Shown here piece after piece: positions 19,451-28,069 of a DNA stretch of 64,000 nt. Within the stretch, counting starts at the first letter, position 1. The number at the start of each line of letters is the position of its first letter. The stretch spans positions 2,321 to 66,320 of the forward strand of contig CAZCWK010000006.1 of the NCBI GenBank assembly GCA_964502355.1. The letters run 5' to 3'. This DNA comes from an uncultured Bacteroidales bacterium (GTDB lineage: Bacteria; Bacteroidota; Bacteroidia; Bacteroidales; UBA1402). The position numbers and the translations under genes were made by a program. The notes under the pieces were generated by a model that saw nothing but the letters and a program-made list of their open reading frames with translations, searched no databases and was not told the DNA's origin.

Positions 19451-22249
19451 ATGAAGAACTTTAAATCTGCAGTAGTTTTAATAAATATATTGTTTTTAAC
19501 TTTCTTATTTTCCTGTAATAAGCAAAGTGATCAGACCAGATCAAGGATTGATTTATCAGGGGATTGGTCGGTTTCATTGATAAGTGATTCGACATCTTCT
19601 AAAACATCCTCAATATATTTGCCCGGCACAACAGACATTGCAAAAATTGGGCACCTCAATAAAGATACTTCTTTAAGCCATTTGAACAGAGAGTATTATT
19701 ACAATGACAAGGCGTTTTACAAAAAAGAAGTGGATATACCTCAGGAATGGGATGGCAAACATATTGTTTTGTACATGGAAAGAACCAAATCATCAGGTTT
19801 ATGGATTGATGATAAACTGGTCGGTAAATCTGATATACTTGAATCCCCGCAAATCTACGATATTACATCTTTTGTGAAACCGGGAAAACATCTGTTGACT
19901 ATAATGGTGGACAATAATTTGAAAAATACTCCTTATGGGAATGTCCACATTTATTCAGATGATACTCAGACAAACTGGAATGGAATACTGGGAGATTTTT
20001 ATCTTGAAGCTTCAAGTATGACTTATATTAAGGATTTACAGGTGTTTCCTGATATCAACGATAAAAAAATTAAAGTTAAAATGACTGTAGGCAATTCCAT
20101 AAATAAAAAGATAAAGACCGAGCTTACAGTGACTAAAAGGAGAGGGGATGTAAAAGTAAAATTAGCACCTGAAAGTTTTGTTATAGATTGCGATTCCGTC
20201 ATTGAGCTTTCTTATAATTTAAAAGGAAACACCCATTACTGGGATGAATATCATCAAAGTTTCTATGATATAAATATTAAGATCGGATCTACAGATGAAT
20301 CCTGGTCTGATAGTAAAAGTGTAACTTTTGGTATGCGTAAATTTTCTACCAAAGACAATCATTTTACTATCAATGACAGAATTACATTCTTAAGAGGTAA
20401 GAATGATGCATGCATTTTTCCAAATACGGGCCATACCCCAATGGATGAAGAAACCTGGATGAAGGTGATGAGTGTAGCAAAAGAGTATGGTATCAATCAT
20501 TATCGTTTTCATTCATGGTGTCCTCCCGATGCTGCATTCAGAGCCGCTGACAAACTGGGTATCTATATGCAGGTTGAATTACCTTATTGGGGCAATATTG
20601 ATTCTTTGTATTCTAAAATGTATGATGAGGGTATTCATTTATTGGAGAATTATGCTAATCATCCTTCGTTTGTAATGTTTTCAATGGGTAATGAGTTATG
20701 GGGAGATTTTCAAAAAGCCGGTCAATTAATGACTAATCTTAAAAAAGCTGACGGCAGACCATTATATGCGATTGGTTCGAATATAAATATCGGCTATACC
20801 TGGCCTTTTGAAGGTGCGGACTTTTATGTTGGAGCAAGAACACCTTCAGATGGTGATAACCATTTAACACACTTAAGATTAACTCATGCTTTTGCTGATT
20901 CATATCAGGCGGGATTACTTAACTCTAATGTGCCATCAACAAGAATTAATTTCGATAATGCTGTTTCGCAGATAAAAATACCTGTAGTAAGTCACGAAGT
21001 TGGTCAATACCAAATATATCCTGATTTCAAAGAAATAAAAAAATACAAAGGTGTTTTGAAACCATGGAACCTTGAAAAATTCAGCAACAGATTAAAAAAA
21101 TCAGGAATGTTTGACCAAAATACTGATTTTCAAAAAGCTTCAGGTGCGTTATCCGCAATTTGTTATCGGGCAGAAATAGAAGCTGCATTAAAGACAGATA
21201 AGCTTGCTGGTTATCAATTACTTGATCTTCAAGACTATTCTGGCCAGGGAACAGCATTAGTTGGCATTTTGGATGCATTTATGGAGAGTAAAGGAGTAAT
21301 TGATGTTGAAGATTGGAAAAGTTTTTCAAATGATGTTGTGCCTCTTTTAGGTTTTGATAAATATTGCTGGACAAATAAAGAAAGATTTTCAGCTGATATA
21401 CAAATTGCAAATTTCTCAGATAAGAAATTTGATAATAAGATTGTTTATAAAATAACTGACGAGAGTGGTAAAAAAATAAAGGACGGTTTCATTAAAAACA
21501 AGATTATCGATAACCAGGGTGTAAATCATTATGGTAAAATCATGTGTGATTTGTCAACAGTAAAAAAAGCTTCTAAGCTTACAATATCCATCAGCATAGA
21601 TAGCACAAATTATAAAAATGATTATTCTGTTTGGGTATATCCTGTCAACCAGCAAATCGAAACCCCTAAAGATCTGATTGTAAGTAATAAGCTTAATAAG
21701 GCCTTACTTATTCATCTAGCTAAAGGTGGCAAAGCTTTATTGTTGCCTGAAACTTATACTGTTTCTCATAATAGTCTGCCGGGGATGTTTATCCCGGATT
21801 TCTGGAATTACGGCATGTTTAAACAAATAAGTATATCCAATGGGAAACCGGTTTCTCCCGGCACTTTAGGATTACTTATGGATCCTGAACATCCGATATT
21901 CAATGATTTCCCGACAGAATTTCACACTAACTGGCAATGGTGGAATATTATAAAAAACAGCAATTCAATGATACTGAATAATTTGAAGAGCGATTACAAA
22001 CCTATCGTTCAGGTGATTGACAATATGGAAAGAGATTATAAACTCGGTCTAATTTTTGAGTTTAAAGTAAACAAAGGCAAATTATTGATTTGTATGTCAC
22101 AATTACATAGAAACCTTGAAAAACCTGAAGTTTATCAACTTTATAAAAGCATTATTAATTATATGTCTTCCGAAAAATTTAATCCTGCTTACAGAATTAC
22201 TCCGGAAGAATTGACGCAAATGGTAAAATATACAGTTACCAAGTTTTGA
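19451..22249 (+). CDS. glycoside hydrolase family 2-like lipoprotein (sugar-binding jelly-roll + TIM barrel)
   Basis: Signal peptide with lipobox (LTFLFSC) after ATG 19451. The GH2-like N-terminal region ends NWNGILGDFYLEA; the TIM-barrel-like region contains HYRFHSWCPP and MGNELWG. The family assignment is tentative. Confidence 0.5.
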   Translation: MKNFKSAVVLINILFLTFLFSCNKQSDQTRSRIDLSGDWSVSLISDSTSSKTSSIYLPGTTDIAKIGHLNKDTSLSHLNREYYYNDKAFYKKEVDIPQEWDGKHIVLYMERTKSSGLWIDDKLVGKSDILESPQIYDITSFVKPGKHLLTIMVDNNLKNTPYGNVHIYSDDTQTNWNGILGDFYLEASSMTYIKDLQVFPDINDKKIKVKMTVGNSINKKIKTELTVTKRRGDVKVKLAPESFVIDCDSVIELSYNLKGNTHYWDEYHQSFYDINIKIGSTDESWSDSKSVTFGMRKFSTKDNHFTINDRITFLRGKNDACIFPNTGHTPMDEETWMKVMSVAKEYGINHYRFHSWCPPDAAFRAADKLGIYMQVELPYWGNIDSLYSKMYDEGIHLLENYANHPSFVMFSMGNELWGDFQKAGQLMTNLKKADGRPLYAIGSNINIGYTWPFEGADFYVGARTPSDGDNHLTHLRLTHAFADSYQAGLLNSNVPSTRINFDNAVSQIKIPVVSHEVGQYQIYPDFKEIKKYKGVLKPWNLEKFSNRLKKSGMFDQNTDFQKASGALSAICYRAEIEAALKTDKLAGYQLLDLQDYSGQGTALVGILDAFMESKGVIDVEDWKSFSNDVVPLLGFDKYCWTNKERFSADIQIANFSDKKFDNKIVYKITDESGKKIKDGFIKNKIIDNQGVNHYGKIMCDLSTVKKASKLTISISIDSTNYKNDYSVWVYPVNQQIETPKDLIVSNKLNKALLIHLAKGGKALLLPETYTVSHNSLPGMFIPDFWNYGMFKQISISNGKPVSPGTLGLLMDPEHPIFNDFPTEFHTNWQWWNIIKNSNSMILNNLKSDYKPIVQVIDNMERDYKLGLIFEFKVNKGKLLICMSQLHRNLEKPEVYQLYKSIINYMSSEKFNPAYRITPEELTQMVKYTVTKF

Positions 22250-22252
22250 TAT

Positions 22253-22939
22253 TTATTCAACAGTCATCATATAACCCGTTCCACGCATAGTCTTAATTTG
22301 AACCCGTGGATCGGGAGCAAGATATTTTCTTAACGTATAAATAAATGCATCAAGCCTTTGTTGTGTGTAAAACTTAATGCCTCCCCAGATAAGTTCGGCT
22401 ATTTCTTCTTTAGAAACCAGCTGGTTCATTTTTTTACACAAAAGTTCTAATAAATATGCTTCACGCATAGATAAATGAACATCACCATTAGATGAATGAA
22501 GTACCTGTAATTTAGCATCAAAGCCCATATTTCCCAAATGATATATGTTTTCTGATTTATCCTCAGATTTTATACCTGTCCTTTTTATAAGTCCCTGTAG
22601 ATAAGCATGAAGCTCATCAGGTAAAAAAGGTTTTTTAATATAATTATCAATGCCGATTTTATATGCTTCCAGTATTATTTTACTGGAAGTTACGCATGTT
22701 TCAAGTATGATTGGAATATCGGCATCCTTTTCTCTGATCTTTCTTGCAAAATCAAGACCACTCATTATAGGCATTTCAACATCAGATACAATTACGTCGG
22801 GTTGGAACTCTTCATACGCTCTCAATCCTTCAACAGGATTAACAGACCACTGAACATCATATTCGCCTATAAGTTCCATTCCTTCTTTTATAATGAAGCC
22901 CAAAACTTCATCATCTTCAACCAACAATAACTTGATCAT
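22253..22939 (-). CDS. OmpR/PhoB-family response regulator
   Basis: 228 aa. Receiver domain (DVIVSDVEMPIMSG, KKPF) plus a winged-helix C-terminus (MRGTGYMM). Lies 4 nt downstream of the kinase gene. Confidence 0.85.
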   Translation of the reverse strand: MIKLLLVEDDEVLGFIIKEGMELIGEYDVQWSVNPVEGLRAYEEFQPDVIVSDVEMPIMSGLDFARKIREKDADIPIILETCVTSSKIILEAYKIGIDNYIKKPFLPDELHAYLQGLIKRTGIKSEDKSENIYHLGNMGFDAKLQVLHSSNGDVHLSMREAYLLELLCKKMNQLVSKEEIAELIWGGIKFYTQQRLDAFIYTLRKYLAPDPRVQIKTMRGTGYMMTVE

Positions 22940-22943
22940 ATAA

Positions 22944-24245
22944 TCAATTTTTATATAAATCTATTATAAATTCACTGCCAACGCCTTCTGTACTATCTAC
23001 CATAATAGAGCCCTTATGGGCTTTAATAACTTTCTGGACGTAATTTAATCCTATACCAAAACCATCAATACCTTTTATATCTACTTTATTACCTCTTTCA
23101 AAATTGTCAAATATGTGTTTGATTTCTTTTTCTGAAATTCCAAACCCATTATCCTTGATATGAATCTTGAGTTTATCTGATTGACATTCACATATAATCT
23201 GAATTTTTATAGTTGATTCTGAGTATTTTATCGCATTATCTATGAGATTACTCAAAACATTTTCCATTAATGTCGGATCAAAATTCCAGACTATATTTTC
23301 CTGATTGTAACTGGTAGTAATTTCAAGATTTTTTTGTCTGTAATTATTCAATCTATAACTCTCTGCAATTTTCTCAATATATGGTTGTAATGTTACTACT
23401 TCATAGTCCGGAATAATTGCTGAATGTTCTGCTTTTGCAACCAATAGTATCCTTTCAACAGTTTTCAATAATTTTGAACTTTGATCTTTACATATTTGAT
23501 AATGTTTTTGTCTTGACTCCAGGTTACCTTCAAGCTTTCCGGAAGTCAGCATGGATGAAGACATGTATATACCACTTATAGGAGTTTTTAATTCATGAGT
23601 AAGAGCATGTGTGTATTCTTTAAGAAATGTTACAAACTTACTTTCTCTAAGCATTCCCTGTAACTGAATGATTAAAATTACACCAATCAATACAGCCAGA
23701 AACAAAGATATTATCAATATTAACTGTGCTTCCCGCAATACTGAACGAATAGGTGAAATGAGAGTTACTTTTAAATATTGATCTTCTGTAATCTTATTAT
23801 ATAAGGTGTATTTAGAATAAGTGCTTTTAATTCTGGTAGAATCATCAACCATCTTTACTGTATAATTCAACTTTTCATTCAAACTATTATCAAGGTTCTG
23901 GCTAATTAATGTATCCAGGCGTGAAACTGAACAGGGGAGACCCAGCATTTTTGATAGTTCTTGCAGGCTAGTGTTTATGTCGATTGATTTACTGACTTGA
24001 TTATCTGTAAGAACCACGTCATCATTATCTAAAATATTTTTTTCTTGAACATTTAAATTAATAGATTTTTTTTCAAGTCTTTCATATAACTCAGATTCAA
24101 CAGCTTTATCAATGCTTTCTTTGCATTTTACCAAAAGATTATGCTCCATAAGGTCAAAAGAATTTTTAAACCAGATATATTGCAGTACCAGTAACAGCAG
24201 TATGCCAACGATTGATACGATTCTGATAGATTTAGTCTTGAACAT
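22944..24245 (-). CDS. sensor histidine kinase (two TM helices flanking a periplasmic domain, HisKA + HATPase_c)
   Basis: H-box THELKTPISG, N-box LIDNAIKYS, G-boxes DNGFGIS and GFGIGLNYV. The track start 24272 is TTG; the first ATG is at 24245. Confidence 0.85.
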   Translation of the reverse strand: MFKTKSIRIVSIVGILLLLVLQYIWFKNSFDLMEHNLLVKCKESIDKAVESELYERLEKKSINLNVQEKNILDNDDVVLTDNQVSKSIDINTSLQELSKMLGLPCSVSRLDTLISQNLDNSLNEKLNYTVKMVDDSTRIKSTYSKYTLYNKITEDQYLKVTLISPIRSVLREAQLILIISLFLAVLIGVILIIQLQGMLRESKFVTFLKEYTHALTHELKTPISGIYMSSSMLTSGKLEGNLESRQKHYQICKDQSSKLLKTVERILLVAKAEHSAIIPDYEVVTLQPYIEKIAESYRLNNYRQKNLEITTSYNQENIVWNFDPTLMENVLSNLIDNAIKYSESTIKIQIICECQSDKLKIHIKDNGFGISEKEIKHIFDNFERGNKVDIKGIDGFGIGLNYVQKVIKAHKGSIMVDSTEGVGSEFIIDLYKN

Positions 24246-24297
24246 TATAATTTCATATTGAGGTGTATGCAAATATAAATGATTATTTAAAAACTTG

Positions 24298-24328
24298 CTC
24301 AGGTTAAATAAGGTTTTACTCAGATTAA
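24298..24328. promoter_or_regulatory. direct repeats CTCAGGTTAA / CTCAGATTAA (21-bp register) and AGGTT/AGGTT (10-bp register)
   Basis: CTCAGGTTAA at 24298-24307 and CTCAGATTAA at 24319-24328. AGGTT at 24301 and 24311. They sit in the divergent region between the kinase operon and the peptide gene. Confidence 0.4.
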
Positions 24329-24355
24329 CTAAGATTTCTTTTTAGGATAGACGCA

Positions 24356-24388
24356 ATCTTATATCTTATTTTTGTAAAAAATAAGATA
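24356..24388. promoter_or_regulatory. heptamer repeats (ATCTTAT x2 direct, x1 inverted) forming a perfect 12-bp inverted repeat that embeds a -7 box
   Basis: ATCTTAT at 24356-24362 and 24363-24369; its complement ATAAGAT at 24381-24387. Inverted repeat TATCTTATTTTT (24362-24373) / AAAAATAAGATA (24377-24388). TATTTTTG (24367-24374) matches TAnnTTTG, 44 nt upstream of ATG 24418. Confidence 0.5.
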
Positions 24389-24417
24389 CAGCATTAAAAA
24401 CTATAAAACACCCTGTT

Positions 24418-24564
24418 ATGAAAACAATTTTTAATTCAACCAAAAGCAACAAGAAAAATTTTGAAGTTATCTCAAGTGAAGAAATGAAACAGGTTCAAGG
24501 TGGTGTTCGCGTGATTGCTATCAGAGATGGTGAAGGAAATATAAGAGTAGTTATCATACCTTAA
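24418..24564 (+). CDS. double-glycine-leader precursor peptide (48 aa), bacteriocin/RiPP/peptide-signal candidate
   Basis: Below the ORF-track cutoff. My translation: MKTIFNSTKSNKKNFEVISSEEMKQVQGG|VRVIAIRDGEGNIRVVIIP. The leader fits the GG-leader consensus (hydrophobic at -4, -7, -12, -15; E at -8; S at -11). A C39-peptidase ABC exporter lies downstream. Confidence 0.8.
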   Translation: MKTIFNSTKSNKKNFEVISSEEMKQVQGGVRVIAIRDGEGNIRVVIIP

Positions 24565-24584
24565 GATTATTAAATATAATTAAT

Positions 24585-24761
24585 ATGGGAACAATAAATT
24601 TCCACGCAGAACGCCTGTTCTTTAATCCAATTTTAGATCCTATTTCTAATTTCAGGTCTCTCTACGGCATTGAAATTGAAGAAAATAGTCAGAATCTGTT
24701 AAACAGGTATATTTCACGTTCTGTAAATGATGCAAAGACTTACAAAGTAGTCATATTGTGA
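24585..24761 (+). CDS. hypothetical 58-aa protein (unannotated small ORF)
   Basis: ATG 24585 to TGA 24759-24761. Translation: MGTINFHAERLFFNPILDPISNFRSLYGIEIEENSQNLLNRYISRSVNDAKTYKVVIL. It starts 20 nt after the peptide gene and ends 5 nt before the SPASM gene. No recognisable motif. Confidence 0.45.
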   Translation: MGTINFHAERLFFNPILDPISNFRSLYGIEIEENSQNLLNRYISRSVNDAKTYKVVIL

Positions 24762-24766
24762 TTTAG

Positions 24767-25762
24767 ATGTATCGGTATTTTAACCTTTATTCGTTTTGTA
24801 TTCCTGTTAAGGGGATAAAAAGGGCGGTCGTCTGCGATTTGCAGCGTAATATTATTCAACCTATACCTCTGTTGCTCTTTGAATATCTCGAGAAACTTAA
24901 AACAGTTGATGAACCTTTGGAAATGTTAGATACTTATACTAACATTGAGAGGAATACAATCAATGAGTATATCAACTTCTTATATTATAATCAGTTCGGT
25001 TTTTTTACAACAAATAAGCCGATTGCTCCTGACATCCCGACAATTGAATATTCTGATGATAGTCAAATTACAAATGCAATTGTGGACTTTAACAGAAATT
25101 CGGAACATTCTTTAGAAAATATTCTTGGTCAGTTATCTGAATTGGGATGTAAGGCTATTGAAATAAGATATTTTTATCCAATACCTTTTACTCATTTTTT
25201 AGATTCATTAATCGTTGCAAATAATTGCCAGGTTGAAAAAATCGAATTTTTACTCCAGAAAAATGAGGAAATTAACTGGAACAAAATTCTTCAGTTAAAT
25301 ATTCAATTTCCAAAACTAAAAAAAGTTACTATAAGTAATTCTGCAGACAATATTATCTACAAACATGAGGACCTTGTAGTAATATATACTACTGAGATAA
25401 TCAGGAATGAGACAAAATGCGGTGTTACAGGTGAGCTTTATTGTATAGCTGATAACAGATTATTCTGGGAATCTCAGAATTTTAATAATTGTCTTTACAA
25501 AAAAATATCAATTGACAAATCCGGATTAATAAAGAATTGTCCTTCCATGCAGGAAAGCTTCGGAAATATACAATTCACTAAGCTATCTGATGTAATTTCA
25601 GATGAATCTTTTAAAAAATTCTGGACCATAACTAAGGATTCGATTGAGATTTGCTCAGAATGCGAACTAAGATATGTTTGTCAGGATTGCAGAGCTTATA
25701 CAATAAATATGAACAATCCTTTTTCCAAACCTCTGAAATGCAGATATAATCCTAAAGAATAG
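24767..25762 (+). CDS. SPASM-domain protein lacking the radical-SAM Cys triad (pseudo-radical-SAM / SPASM-only peptide-maturase-like)
   Basis: 331 aa. The C-terminus has a full 7-Cys SPASM pattern: CLYKKISIDKSGLIKNC (C-x10-G-x4-C), CSECELRYVCQDC (C-x2-C-x5-C-x2-C), and a final C in KCRYN. No CxxxCxxC occurs anywhere in the protein. Confidence 0.75.
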   Translation: MYRYFNLYSFCIPVKGIKRAVVCDLQRNIIQPIPLLLFEYLEKLKTVDEPLEMLDTYTNIERNTINEYINFLYYNQFGFFTTNKPIAPDIPTIEYSDDSQITNAIVDFNRNSEHSLENILGQLSELGCKAIEIRYFYPIPFTHFLDSLIVANNCQVEKIEFLLQKNEEINWNKILQLNIQFPKLKKVTISNSADNIIYKHEDLVVIYTTEIIRNETKCGVTGELYCIADNRLFWESQNFNNCLYKKISIDKSGLIKNCPSMQESFGNIQFTKLSDVISDESFKKFWTITKDSIEICSECELRYVCQDCRAYTINMNNPFSKPLKCRYNPKE

Positions 25763-25794
25763 CTGCAAATTTATATAAAATGTAATTGTTTGTT

Positions 25795-25802
25795 TAAATT
25801 TG
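25795..25802 (+). promoter_or_regulatory. candidate internal -7 promoter box (TAnnTTTG)
   Basis: TAAATTTG lies 40 nt upstream of the exporter ATG at 25842, in the 79-nt gap after the SPASM gene. Confidence 0.3.
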
Positions 25803-25841
25803 AAATATTATACAATTGCATTAAGAATCTAAACCCTTGTA

Positions 25842-28055
25842 ATGAAAAGCTTTCATTTTATTTCACAGTTGGATGCCATGGATTGCGGACCAACCTGCCT
25901 ATTGATGATATCAAAATTTTATGGGAAATCTTTTGATTTACAGGATTTAAGACAAAGAGCATCAATAAATAAACTTGGAACTAATCTGCTTGGCCTCAGT
26001 GAAGCTGCTGATTCATTAGGTTTTGAAGCAACCGGAGTTAAAGTTTCAGAAGATCAATTGATTGAGGATGTCCCACTGCCATGTATTCTTCACTGGAAAC
26101 AAAATCATTTTGTTGTATGTTACGACATTAAAAGGAAAAGGAATGGATCAGTGATTTTTTTAATTGCTGATCCTGCTACCGGATTAGTAAAGTATGATAA
26201 AAATGAAATCAGAAATAACTGGATAAGTTCCGGAAATTCAAATGAAAATGGAAATAAGGGAGTTGCATTGATTCTTCAACCTACAAATGTCTTTTTTGAT
26301 ATTGCAGAAGAAAAACCAAATGGAAAAAACAAGATAATCCCTTTTATTAATTATTTAAAACCGTATAAGAAGCATATTTTACAGATCATTGTAGGTATGG
26401 TAGCTATCAGCATTTTACAGTTGATTTTACCGTTTCTTACTCAGGTTTTGGTCGATATTGGTATAAAAGATGGCAATTTAAATTTCATAAAAATCATCCT
26501 CATTACCCAGCTTTTAATTTTTATTGCGAGATTATCTGTGGAATTTATCAGAGGATGGTTATTGTTACATATTAATACAAGGATAAGCATATCTCTTATT
26601 TCAGATTTTCTGATTAAAATCATGAAAATGCCTCTGAAATTTTTTGATACTAAAACAATAGGGGATATATTACAAAGGATAAGCGATCACAAAAGGATAG
26701 AATCTTTTTTAACAGGCAATTCGGTTACCTTACTATTTTCACTCATTAATTTTTTTGTATTTTCCTTAGTGCTTGGTTATTATAAATTTAGCCTGCTGGC
26801 TTTATTTTTATTAGGAAATACAATTTACGTTGTGTATGTTCTGTTTTTTATGAAATACCGCAAAAACCTCGACAATAAAAAATTTGAACTTTCTGCTGAA
26901 GAACAAGGTAATTTGATACAGATGGTTTCCGGTATGCAGGATATAAAACTAGGTAACTGTGAAAATCAAAAAAGATGGAAGTGGGAGCAAATTCAGGTAA
27001 GATTATTTAATATTAATGTCAAAAATCTTGCATTAGGACAAATTCAACAAATCGGTTCAGTCTTTTTTAGTCAGCTTACCAACATTCTGATTACGTTTAT
27101 TGCTGCTAAATCTGTGGTAGATGGCGAAATAACTTTGGGTATGTTGATGTCAGTAAGTTTTATACTGGGTCAGTTAAGTGCTCCTATTGATCAGTTTCTT
27201 GGATTTTTTCAGACATTCCAGGATGCAAAACTTAGTCTGGAACGGTTGAATGAGATTCACGGCAAAAATGATGAGGAACAGGATTCTATGAAAAAGCTTG
27301 AAGAGATATCCGGTAAAAGGAACATTATAATTTCGAATCTTAGTTTTGGATATGAACATGCTGAAAGAGATTTTATTTTAAGGGATCTGAATCTTGTGAT
27401 TGAAGAAAATAAAGTTACTGCGATCGTTGGTTCCAGCGGAAGTGGTAAAACTACATTGATAAAATTATTACTCGGTTTTTACGAACCTCAAAAAGGTAGT
27501 ATATGTATTGGTGATACTAATCTGAATAATATTAATCCTCACTACTGGAGGAATTGTACAGGCTCGGTATTGCAGGATGGTTATATTTTTTCTGAAACAA
27601 TAGCCGAAAATATTGCATTAGGTGATACTGAGATTAATAACGAAAAACTGAATAAAGCTGTAAATATTTCAAATATTAAAGATTTTATTTACTCTTTACC
27701 TCTAAAGTTCAATACAAAAATCGGTACTGATGGGCATGGTTTAAGTCAGGGACAGAAGCAAAGAATTTTAATAGCCAGGTCTGTTTACAAAAATCCGGAT
27801 TTTTTGTTTTTTGATGAAGCAACAAATGCACTTGATGCTTCAAATGAAAAGGAAATAATGGAAAATCTTGATTCTTTCTACAATGGAAAAACTGTAATCA
27901 TTGTAGCACACAGGCTAAGTACAGTCAGAAATGCAGATAAAATTGTTTTTATTGAAAATGGTCAGATTATTGAAGAGGGTAATCATGAGGAACTGACTTC
28001 GCTTCGGGGAAAATATTACAATCTTGTAAAGAATCAGTTGGAGCTTGGTAATTAA
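25842..28055 (+). CDS. peptidase-containing ABC transporter (PCAT; C39 peptidase + ABC TMD + NBD), bacteriocin/peptide exporter
   Basis: 737 aa. C39 catalytic Cys in QLDAMDCGPTC and His in HWKQNHFVV. Six-TM region. Walker A GSSGSGKTT, signature LSQGQKQR, Walker B FLFFDEATNALD, H-loop VAHRLS. Confidence 0.9.
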   Translation: MKSFHFISQLDAMDCGPTCLLMISKFYGKSFDLQDLRQRASINKLGTNLLGLSEAADSLGFEATGVKVSEDQLIEDVPLPCILHWKQNHFVVCYDIKRKRNGSVIFLIADPATGLVKYDKNEIRNNWISSGNSNENGNKGVALILQPTNVFFDIAEEKPNGKNKIIPFINYLKPYKKHILQIIVGMVAISILQLILPFLTQVLVDIGIKDGNLNFIKIILITQLLIFIARLSVEFIRGWLLLHINTRISISLISDFLIKIMKMPLKFFDTKTIGDILQRISDHKRIESFLTGNSVTLLFSLINFFVFSLVLGYYKFSLLALFLLGNTIYVVYVLFFMKYRKNLDNKKFELSAEEQGNLIQMVSGMQDIKLGNCENQKRWKWEQIQVRLFNINVKNLALGQIQQIGSVFFSQLTNILITFIAAKSVVDGEITLGMLMSVSFILGQLSAPIDQFLGFFQTFQDAKLSLERLNEIHGKNDEEQDSMKKLEEISGKRNIIISNLSFGYEHAERDFILRDLNLVIEENKVTAIVGSSGSGKTTLIKLLLGFYEPQKGSICIGDTNLNNINPHYWRNCTGSVLQDGYIFSETIAENIALGDTEINNEKLNKAVNISNIKDFIYSLPLKFNTKIGTDGHGLSQGQKQRILIARSVYKNPDFLFFDEATNALDASNEKEIMENLDSFYNGKTVIIVAHRLSTVRNADKIVFIENGQIIEEGNHEELTSLRGKYYNLVKNQLELGN

Positions 28056-28069
28056 TAAAAAATGTTCGA

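Noticed and set aside
24585-25762. Idea that the 58-aa ORF plus the SPASM gene are a frameshifted true radical SAM gene
   Set aside because: The 58-aa product contains no Cys at all, so it cannot supply a CxxxCxxC motif. The SPASM ORF has its own ATG and an N-terminus (YFNLYSFCIPVKG...) that looks complete.
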